Of a stretch of DNA of 64,000 nucleotides, positions 56,851 through 64,000 are shown one piece after another. The DNA is from a virus (lineage: Duplodnaviria; Caudoviricetes): the IMG/VR virus record IMGVR_UViG_2639762835_000002; one strand, 5' to 3'. Position 1 is the stretch's first letter. The number at the start of each line of letters is the position of its first letter. Below the pieces are notes generated by a model. It was given only the letters and a program-made list of their open reading frames with translations. It made no database searches and was not told the DNA's origin. The translations under genes and the position numbers were made by a program.

Positions 56851-57039
56851 TCAGGCTCCTTGTGAAAGAGTGCAGGGGTTGATGCGGCTGAACAGAGAAG
56901 CCCAAGCCAGTGCGGTGGTGCGTTCCATAAGCGCAACCCCGTCAGGGTGTTGGCTAAGACGGGTGCCATAGCGGCCCGTCAGCTTGCGTTGTTGGATGCG
57001 AAGGTTGCGCAGGGCGCAGGGGATCGCTAAAGTTGCCAT
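56851..57039 (-). CDS. Small hypothetical early protein
   Basis: RBS present; N-terminus resembles 22781-22966. Confidence 0.6.
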   Translation of the reverse strand: MATLAIPCALRNLRIQQRKLTGRYGTRLSQHPDGVALMERTTALAWASLFSRINPCTLSQGA

Positions 57040-57104
57040 GTCGACTTCCTCATACGTTGTTGATAAAGGCCCGCTTGGAGTTGCAGCTCCGTAATGCGGG
57101 CTTT

Positions 57105-57557
57105 TTACTGCCCGATGGGGCGTGGGCCTTGCCCGGTCATCTGGCTTGCCGCCAGCACGGCACGCTTCATGCGAAGCCTTGCCGCTCTCTCTTTCTTCTC
57201 CCTCTCGATATCCCCGATGGATCTGGTGCTCAGTGCCGGGTGCCAGACTTTGCTGTCACAGCCGCCGCGAAACGCTTTCTGATACTCCAGCGCGATCACC
57301 GCCAGCCTGATCGCCTCACGCTGTGCATGGGGCAGGGCCGACAGGGTGGCGGTCATCAGTTCGCCCCGCGGTTGGCGGGCGATGGCACAGATGGCGGCTT
57401 TCTTGGCCTGGCCCATCGCCAGCCAGTCGGTGTCCAGGCTGGAGCGTGTCTTGCCGAACAGATCGCGCAGCAGCAGGCAGCCGGCGGTGTTCATGGCGAT
57501 CTGTTCGGAGGGTGTCAGACCCGCCAGATTGAGTTGTTCGTGGTCGATGCGTTGCAT
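57105..57557 (-). CDS. P2-family early protein
   Basis: Similar to 23029-23472. Confidence 0.7.
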   Translation of the reverse strand: MQRIDHEQLNLAGLTPSEQIAMNTAGCLLLRDLFGKTRSSLDTDWLAMGQAKKAAICAIARQPRGELMTATLSALPHAQREAIRLAVIALEYQKAFRGGCDSKVWHPALSTRSIGDIEREKKERAARLRMKRAVLAASQMTGQGPRPIGQ

Positions 57558-57570
57558 GGTGGTTTCCCCT

Positions 57571-58092
57571 TCACATGGTCGCGGCCTGCATCAGGATGTC
57601 TGATGCACAGGCCAGGGCGGGCACCGCCTGAAAGCGGGCCTTGATGTCGTGGATCAAGATGGCGAGCGATCCCATGGCCGAGGTGGCCACGCTCACCAGG
57701 GTGTTGCGCTCCGAGCGGGTGATCCGGCCGCGGTCGGTCAGCTCCAGCGCCCGCTGGCCAATGCTGGCCACCTTGGCATTCAGATCGATCGCCTGATGGG
57801 GCAGGGAAGGGGCGCGGTCTGCCTTAGGTATGGCTACTGCAGTGAGGCCACATTCCATCAGCATGCCGTCGAACAGGGTTTCGTCCCCCTCGGTGGCGTG
57901 GTAGATGGCCACCAGATCCCGGGCGGTCAGCTGATGGGATTGCTCAGGGTTGAGCTTGTTACGCAGCATCTGCTCGTTGATGCCGGCGGCGCGGGCTACC
58001 TCGGCCAGCGAATGACTGGCGGCAAAGCGCGAACAGGCGGAATCGAAGTGCTGCAGAAAGTGCGACTGTTTGGGCATGCCTTGTTCAAACAT
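57571..58092 (-). CDS. cII: CII regulator (186 type)
   Basis: MLRNKLNPEQSHQLT...TLFDGML. Confidence 0.9.
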   Translation of the reverse strand: MFEQGMPKQSHFLQHFDSACSRFAASHSLAEVARAAGINEQMLRNKLNPEQSHQLTARDLVAIYHATEGDETLFDGMLMECGLTAVAIPKADRAPSLPHQAIDLNAKVASIGQRALELTDRGRITRSERNTLVSVATSAMGSLAILIHDIKARFQAVPALACASDILMQAATM

Positions 58093-58096
58093 GGCT

Positions 58097-58354
58097 TTAA
58101 GCCTCCTGCTTGCGCGACACTCTGGGAGTGCGCACAGGCTTGGCCGCAGGCACTGTTCCTTGTTGGTTCATGGCCTGCTGGGTGTAGAGCACCAGGTTGA
58201 TCAGCACTTTTTCAGCGCGTCCCTGTTTGGGCATGATGGGAATACGCCCGGCCCGCACGTAGTTCTCCACCGTGCGCTGGGTCAGGCCGGTACGCTCAGA
58301 GAAGCTCTCGACCGTGCAAACAGGGGTATCGATATGGATGGGGGCAAGGATCAT
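58097..58354 (-). CDS. cox: Cox/Apl-like excisionase
   Basis: TP...FSERTGL...GRIPI...VLINL. Confidence 0.8.
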   Translation of the reverse strand: MILAPIHIDTPVCTVESFSERTGLTQRTVENYVRAGRIPIMPKQGRAEKVLINLVLYTQQAMNQQGTVPAAKPVRTPRVSRKQEA

Positions 58355-58374
58355 GGGTGGTGACCTCCTGTCAG

Positions 58375-58563
58375 TTACACACGGTCTGGCGTGGTAAGGG
58401 GCTGCTCGGCTTTAAGCTTGCCGCCGGTCAGCACTTCGATCTGGTAGGCGCGGCCTTGGGGGATGGTGTCATCCCACTTACTGACTGCAACATGGGAAAT
58501 TCCAAGAGCTTTGGCTGTCGCCGTAACGGTGCCGAAGTGCTCTAGAACTGCGCTTTTCTGCAT
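58375..58563 (-). CDS. cro: Cro-like repressor (P22/N15 type)
   Basis: HFG...AKALGIS..AVSKW...IPQGRAYQIEVLTGGKLK. Confidence 0.9.
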   Translation of the reverse strand: MQKSAVLEHFGTVTATAKALGISHVAVSKWDDTIPQGRAYQIEVLTGGKLKAEQPLTTPDRV

Positions 58564-58580
58564 TTTCAAACCCTCCATTT

Positions 58581-58682
58581 GTCACCTAAGTGTCGGTGAT
58601 GGCTAAAGGTAACTTATGGGTCGAATAAGGGTCAAGAGGTTTCGTTGCTTTAGTTACCTTGCTGGGTGGTAACTTAGGTTTA
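58581..58682. promoter_or_regulatory. Putative cI/cro operator array
   Basis: Four imperfect GTAAC-N4-GTTAC palindromes at 58581, 58609, 58644 and 58669. Confidence 0.6.
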
Positions 58683-59380
58683 TGGAAACTATCAATGACC
58701 GCATATCTGCACGCAGGCGTGCGCAGAAAATGAGCCAAGATGAGCTTGCGAGGCGTATCGGGATTACTCGGGTATCGATCAGCAAGTGGGAATCTGGACT
58801 TAACCAGCCTAAGGGCCGCTATCTCAATGACTTGGCGGCTGCGCTGGGGGTAACTGTTGACTGGCTACTGACTGGCGATGGCAACTCATCAGAGCCACCT
58901 GCGACAAAGTCGATACCTGGTTACCACAACGTCGAGCCGGCTGTGATCCCGCAAGGGTCTCGGGTGCCGGTGCTGAGCTATGTGCAGGCCGGCCACTGGC
59001 ACGAGATGTGTGATCAGGCAACGGCCTTCGATGGCAATGTCGAATATGTGACGGCGGGGGTGGAAGTAGGCCCTTGTGGCTTTGGCCTCTGGCTGCGAGG
59101 CGACTCTATGTTGCCGCAGTTTAAGGAAGGGGACCTCATCATCGTTGATCCCGACGAAGCGCCCCAACCAGGGGACTACGTGGTGGCCAGTAACGGCAGC
59201 GATGAGGCCACCTTCAAGAAGTACCGGCCCCGTGGCATCGATGAGAACGGGCACGAGGTGTTTGAACTTGTCCCCCTCAATGATGACTTCCCCACCATGC
59301 ACTCCGACCGGCAGCACATCCAGATCATCGGCGTGATGGTAGAACACAGATCATTTAGAAAAAGACAAACAGGGCGCTAA
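58682..59380 (+). CDS. cI: Lambdoid CI repressor, HTH + S24 autopeptidase
   Basis: SQDELARRIG...ISKWESG, VQAG, GDSM, ATFKKY. Confidence 0.95.
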   Translation: METINDRISARRRAQKMSQDELARRIGITRVSISKWESGLNQPKGRYLNDLAAALGVTVDWLLTGDGNSSEPPATKSIPGYHNVEPAVIPQGSRVPVLSYVQAGHWHEMCDQATAFDGNVEYVTAGVEVGPCGFGLWLRGDSMLPQFKEGDLIIVDPDEAPQPGDYVVASNGSDEATFKKYRPRGIDENGHEVFELVPLNDDFPTMHSDRQHIQIIGVMVEHRSFRKRQTGR

Positions 59381-59407
59381 TGCGCCTTTTTCTATTGGGA
59401 TAAAGAG

Positions 59408-61369
59408 ATGGCCGATTTTCAATTAAATATAGACTTTAATGTTTTGAACCACCTTGGTATGGGATTATATTCCAACACTCCTGCCGTTCTTACAGAAATA
59501 ATATCAAACGCATGGGATGCTGATGCTGAGCTTGTATCAATTGATCTAGATAAAGGATCAGGAGAGGTTACTATTATTGACGATGGCAATGGAATGACTG
59601 AGTCTGAAATAGTCAATAAATTTCTAAAGGTTGGTTATGCTAGGCGGGACAGTGCATGTGGTAAAAGTGAGGTTAAAAGTAGGCAAGTAATGGGGCGAAA
59701 GGGAATCGGTAAATTAGCCATGTTCTCCCTAGCGAATAAGATACAAGTACATACAAAAAAAGACGGAGTTTGTACTGCCTTTGAAATTGATGTTGGCAAA
59801 CTGAAAGGTCATATAAAGGCAGGTACTAAATATTCTGCAACGAGGATAACCCCTTTTTTTGATGAAGAAAAAGGAACTAAAATTATATTATCTGATTTGA
59901 CAAAATCTATTAATAGAACTGAAAGTTATTTGAGAAAAAGACTTGCAAGACGATTTAGCATAATTGGAGCTGGTGATCTATTTGAAGTCGTACTCAATGG
60001 TAATCCCATCACCATGGAAGATAGAGATTACCTTGGAAATATTCAGTTTTTATGGGAGTTTGGCAACTCGAACGGAAAGGTAATGGAAGCATGTAAAAAC
60101 AAATCAAAAAGTGATACCTTAGATAATCTTGTTGTGTATGAAGAAAATAAATACTATGTGAGTGGATATATAGGTACTGTCGAACTTCCTGCGCAGCTGA
60201 AAACTGATTCTGAGACATCAAATAATACAATAACAATAATGTCGAATGGCCGTGTTTTTGAGGAGAATATTCTATCTGCATTTGATAGTGCAAGAATGTT
60301 TACCAACTATCTTGTAGGGGAAGTGGAGATGAATTTCCTCGATGATAATGAATTACCCGACATGGCTACCTCATCAAGACAGCAGCTTCAGCAAAATGAT
60401 CCACGCTATAAAGTCGTGACAGAGTTTATGAAAGCATCTTTAAACAAGATAGATAAAAAATGGGATGAGTGGAGAAGGGAAATTGGTTCAAAAGAGGTGG
60501 AAAAAGAAACGCCAATTTTAACGAGCTGGTTATCAGAATTAAAGTCTGGTGAAGAGAAGGTGGCTAGGCGACTTATTGGAAAACTAAATACTTTTCGGTT
60601 TGGTGGTTCTGAAGAAGAACAAAAAGAAACCAAGAAGGAAGTGTTAAAAAACACTCTCGTTGCTTTTGAAAAAGCTCGAATAAACAATAATTTGAGCAAG
60701 CTTGAAAATGTTGAAAGCATAGAGTCTAGTGTTTTCAGAGATATATTTGTTTCAATAGATGATATTGAGGCGAGTTTATTTTATGACATTACTTCACAAA
60801 GAATTAAAGTGATAGAACACTTCGCCAAAATTACAGAAGATAATGAGCTTGAGAAAGCCGTTCAGGAATACCTTTATAAACATCTATGGTTGCTAGATCC
60901 ATCTTGGGAGCGTGTTACTGGGTCCAGTATTATTGAGCAAACGTTGACGAATGAACTTAAGCAGATAGAGCCAGATGCAATAAAGGGTGCCAGAATTGAT
61001 ATAGCATACAAAACCATTTCAGGTAAACATATCATTATTGAAATGAAAAGACCGGGTGTGAAAGTTGATATACCTGCACTTGTAGAACAGGGGGATAAAT
61101 ATGTCAGGGCAACAGAACAATGGTATAAAAACAGCCCTAAGAGTTGCCCTTCATATGGAGTGGTCCCACCAATAGATGTAATTTTCTTATTAGGTAAAAA
61201 TGAATTTCCTAATAGAAGCGAAAAATATATTCAAGGCCAACTAGAATCTATTGGAGCAAAGATATTTACATATACTGATTTGATCACTCAGTCAAAACAA
61301 GCATACAGTGAGTATCTACATGGTCGGGAAGACATGTCTAAATTCCGGAAATTGATCGAAGAGATTTAG
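59408..61369 (+). CDS. GHKL-ATPase / PD-(D/E)xK restriction endonuclease (HgiDII/BbrUII-like)
   Basis: EIISNAWDADA, DDGNGM, GRKGIGKLA; C-terminal RIDI...IIIEMKRP. Confidence 0.85.
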   Translation: MADFQLNIDFNVLNHLGMGLYSNTPAVLTEIISNAWDADAELVSIDLDKGSGEVTIIDDGNGMTESEIVNKFLKVGYARRDSACGKSEVKSRQVMGRKGIGKLAMFSLANKIQVHTKKDGVCTAFEIDVGKLKGHIKAGTKYSATRITPFFDEEKGTKIILSDLTKSINRTESYLRKRLARRFSIIGAGDLFEVVLNGNPITMEDRDYLGNIQFLWEFGNSNGKVMEACKNKSKSDTLDNLVVYEENKYYVSGYIGTVELPAQLKTDSETSNNTITIMSNGRVFEENILSAFDSARMFTNYLVGEVEMNFLDDNELPDMATSSRQQLQQNDPRYKVVTEFMKASLNKIDKKWDEWRREIGSKEVEKETPILTSWLSELKSGEEKVARRLIGKLNTFRFGGSEEEQKETKKEVLKNTLVAFEKARINNNLSKLENVESIESSVFRDIFVSIDDIEASLFYDITSQRIKVIEHFAKITEDNELEKAVQEYLYKHLWLLDPSWERVTGSSIIEQTLTNELKQIEPDAIKGARIDIAYKTISGKHIIIEMKRPGVKVDIPALVEQGDKYVRATEQWYKNSPKSCPSYGVVPPIDVIFLLGKNEFPNRSEKYIQGQLESIGAKIFTYTDLITQSKQAYSEYLHGREDMSKFRKLIEEI

Positions 61370-62390
61370 CATGATCCAGGATTGTCATACCAACAATCTC
61401 TCCTAGCCTTACTGGCACTGCATTGCCAATCATTTTGGCAAGCGCTGCCATATCGTGTTGGGCTTCAGACGGCAGGAATTTGTAAGCCTTAGGGAACGAT
61501 TGAAGTAATGCCGCTTCTCTAAGGCTGATTCCTCTATCCTGTTCTGGATGCCCGAAACGACCGTTTCCAAAGCCAGTACATTGAGTTGTCATTGTAGGGC
61601 TGACTTTATCCCACGCCATTCTTCCATATACAGAAATGTATGTTTTTCCTGAATCTTTTCGATGGCAATCAGCTCGAAGGTGCTCTGGCCAATCTAACCA
61701 TGTACCACCTGGCTTTGAATGCTGAATTCTTTGGAGGTTAATGTCGGATAAACCTGGAGCCTTATGTAAAGGGTCTGAGCTATGCTGTTCTCCGGCTAAG
61801 AGTGTAGGCAATGAGGATATCACATCTCGTACTGTAATATAATTATCAGGAGTATGAGTTGCTTCTATGAGTTTTATATCTGAGGAACGGGCGGCAACGA
61901 GGACAAGACGCTTTCGTGACTGTGCCATTCCATAGTCAGGACAATAAACTACCTTATAATCAATGAAATAGTTATTATTTTTTAGAGTCTTAACAAAATC
62001 ATGAAAGACACTCTTGGTTAACATACCAGGAACGTTTTCCATAGTTACGTAATCGGGCCTTACCTGTTCAATTAAGGCTCCAAAACTGCCAAGTAAACCA
62101 GAACGTTCATCTTCCTGATTGTTTCTGTTTCTGGAGTATGTGGAGAATGGTTGGCATGGGGCGCAACCAGCTAACAGAGTCACCTCTGCTCCCTCAAAGT
62201 GCGTAGCAAGTTCATCTGCAGTTAGATCAGTAACGCTCTGATTAATGAACCTAGCTTTATTGTTGTGTTCATAGGCATACCTGCAGGTTTCTACGATGTC
62301 GTATCCGGCAACAACATCTATTCCGGCTCTAACGAGTCCGTGTGTTAGGCCACCTGCACCACAGAACAAATCAACAGCACGAATTGTCAA
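61338..62390 (-). CDS. DNA cytosine-5 methyltransferase, M.HgiDII-like (start approximate)
   Basis: DLFCGAGG, GCAPCQPFS, MENVP, SVYGRMAWD, GNGRFGHPEQDR, IGNAVP. Confidence 0.93.
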   Translation of the reverse strand: MTIRAVDLFCGAGGLTHGLVRAGIDVVAGYDIVETCRYAYEHNNKARFINQSVTDLTADELATHFEGAEVTLLAGCAPCQPFSTYSRNRNNQEDERSGLLGSFGALIEQVRPDYVTMENVPGMLTKSVFHDFVKTLKNNNYFIDYKVVYCPDYGMAQSRKRLVLVAARSSDIKLIEATHTPDNYITVRDVISSLPTLLAGEQHSSDPLHKAPGLSDINLQRIQHSKPGGTWLDWPEHLRADCHRKDSGKTYISVYGRMAWDKVSPTMTTQCTGFGNGRFGHPEQDRGISLREAALLQSFPKAYKFLPSEAQHDMAALAKMIGNAVPVRLGEIVGMTILDHAKSLRSISGI

Positions 62391-62520
62391 GGTCAAAACT
62401 CCAAAACTCATCTTCAAACAGCGTGCGAGTATACCAGCCTTTTTCGCTCTCATCGAGGAGCTTGTGTCACAGGCGAAGTTTATCTTGCCGAAACCAAACA
62501 CTCCCAATCTCTACTGATGG

Positions 62521-62536
62521 CTGTATATAATCACAG
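62521..62536. promoter_or_regulatory. LexA box between the methylase and the integrase
   Basis: CTGTATATAATCACAG fits CTGT-N8-ACAG, 18 nt before the int ATG. Confidence 0.85.
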
Positions 62537-62554
62537 TGGTTTGATGGAGGGATT

Positions 62555-63610
62555 ATGGCAGTAAGAAAACAGACATCCGGCAAGTGGCTTGCCGAAATCT
62601 ACCCGGAAGGGCGGCCTAGCAAGGCCAATCCCAATGCACCGCGTGTGCGCAAGCAGTTTGCCACCAAGGGCGAGGCGCTGGCGTTCGAGCGCTTCGTGCT
62701 GGACCCGGACAAGGGCAAGCCCTGGCTGGAAGGGCAGGGGGAGCCAACCGACGGCCGGCGCCTCTCCGATCTGGTTGAACTCTGGTTTGGCCGCCATGGT
62801 CAGAGCCTGCGCGATGGTGAGGCCCGCAAATCCAAGCTGCTGACAGTCTGCCACTCCTTGGGAGATCCGCTGGCGGTCAACTTCTCTGCCCGTGACTTTG
62901 CCGCCTATCGTGAAGCCCGCCTATCTGGCGACATTACCGATCGGCGTGCCATCAACCAGGAGAAGCAGGGTGTCACTCCCAACACGGTGAACCGCGAACA
63001 TGCCTACCTGCGGGCGGTATTCAACGAGCTGAAAAGGCTAGGGGAGTGGCAGGGTGAAAACCCCCTTGATGGCCTGCGGGCTTATAAGGTGGCCGAGGCT
63101 GAGCTGGCCTTTCTCTATCCCGATGAACTCAAGCGCCTGCTGACCGCCTGCGCCGAGAGCCCAAGCCCCGATCTACTGATGGTGGTGAAACTCTGCCTTG
63201 CCACTGGCGCCCGCTGGTCTGAGGTGGAAGAGCTGACCCAGTCCCAGGTATCTCCCAACCGCGTGACCTTCACCCGCACCAAGAGCAAGAAGAGCCGTAG
63301 CGTGCCCATCAGCCCCGCGCTCTATGCCCAGTTGCCGAGAAAACGTGGCCGCCTGTTCGGTGACTGCTATCGGGCCTTTGAGATGGTGGTCGAACGGGCA
63401 GGGCTGGAGCTGCCTGCCGGGCAGAATACCCACGTCCTGCGCCACACCTTCGCCAGCCACTTTATGATGAACGGCGGCAACATCCTGGTGCTGCAAAAGA
63501 TCCTCGGCCACTCCACCATCGCCATGACCATGCGCTATGCACATTTCGCCCCCGATCATCTGGAAGATGCGGTACGATTGAACCCTCTTTCTGTTTGTGG
63601 TCTAAATTGA
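62555..63610 (+). CDS. int: Tyrosine integrase of prophage 2
   Basis: LATGARWSE, HVLRHTFASH, LGHS, MRY; closely similar to 26950-28011. Confidence 0.97.
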   Translation: MAVRKQTSGKWLAEIYPEGRPSKANPNAPRVRKQFATKGEALAFERFVLDPDKGKPWLEGQGEPTDGRRLSDLVELWFGRHGQSLRDGEARKSKLLTVCHSLGDPLAVNFSARDFAAYREARLSGDITDRRAINQEKQGVTPNTVNREHAYLRAVFNELKRLGEWQGENPLDGLRAYKVAEAELAFLYPDELKRLLTACAESPSPDLLMVVKLCLATGARWSEVEELTQSQVSPNRVTFTRTKSKKSRSVPISPALYAQLPRKRGRLFGDCYRAFEMVVERAGLELPAGQNTHVLRHTFASHFMMNGGNILVLQKILGHSTIAMTMRYAHFAPDHLEDAVRLNPLSVCGLN

Positions 63611-63631
63611 ATCCGTAGAGGCAAATGGAGC

Positions 63632-64000
63632 TTGATGATGGATAGATTCCTGTCTGACATGGATTTGTGCGAGGCGCTCTCTGATCTCTTTGTCGATAAC
63701 GAGGTCGACTATGGGTACATCGCCAGAGTGGCGAGAGTCTTTCCTGTCGCTCATGTGGAGAAGGCGCTGTTCGAATGGGTGGCACCGGTGTGCTACACGA
63801 ATACACTCACTCCAGTTCCGGCCATCTGGACAGGGTTTCAACGTGACGTACTGTGGGCGGATATTCAGAACCTGATCGCAGAAGAGGAAAGGGCTGGTTT
63901 TGCCAGGAAGTTGTCCATCAAGCTCCGGCAAGTTTACCTGAGAAGGCTGTTTTCCCCTGAGTGGAGAAAGCTGTCTGCGTTGCTGGCCAGGAAGGGATGA
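63632..64000 (+). CDS. Hypothetical protein (resembles DUF7079, from memory)
   Basis: ALSDLFVDNE...EWVAPVC...WTGF motif; directly after int. Confidence 0.6.
   Translation: MMMDRFLSDMDLCEALSDLFVDNEVDYGYIARVARVFPVAHVEKALFEWVAPVCYTNTLTPVPAIWTGFQRDVLWADIQNLIAEEERAGFARKLSIKLRQVYLRRLFSPEWRKLSALLARKG

Larger units (their letters stand above)
28180..64000. mobile_element. HP1/K139/phiO18P-like prophage 2, apparently defective (right att outside the window)
   Basis: HP1-type tail, head, portal, ogr, gpA, cII, cox, cro, cI and int genes; five lesions in morphogenesis genes. Confidence 0.95.

Noticed and set aside
62555-63610. Phage integrase acting as the integron integrase for the cassettes
   Set aside because: It is a 186/HP1-type Int closely similar to prophage 1 Int, with no recognisable IntI-specific insertion or adjacent attI

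Overview
The window holds two tandem P2-family (Peduoviridae-like) prophages in a GC-rich gammaproteobacterium, probably Aeromonas (inferred). They are joined at a duplicated 3' half of tRNA-Leu(TAA) at 28124-28179. Prophage 1 (window start to ~28180, left part outside the window) is P2/phiCTX-like and shows no visible lesions. Its cargo includes a Lit/M48-like HEXXH protein, DUF4145, a LexA-boxed umuDC, a C5 methylase, a Zn-finger plus coiled-coil repeat pair, and two C4-antisense-RNA/ash anti-immunity modules whose recognition loops differ. Prophage 2 (~28180 to the window end) is HP1/K139/phiO18P-like and appears cryptic: it has five lesions, all in morphogenesis genes, including a TerL deletion that removes the ATPase. 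Its integrase, lambdoid cI/cro switch, an HgiDII-like R-M system and its cargo remain intact. The most striking signal lies in prophage 2's portal/ogr-to-gpA hotspot: two AT-rich integron gene cassettes with recognisable Vibrio attC sites (one close to the V. cholerae VCR) and no integron integrase. They encode a CxxC-x11-CxxC membrane protein with a small partner, and a Zn-ribbon/HEPN-motif protein, which are candidate anti-phage systems. All family assignments come from recalled motifs and synteny, not from database searches.
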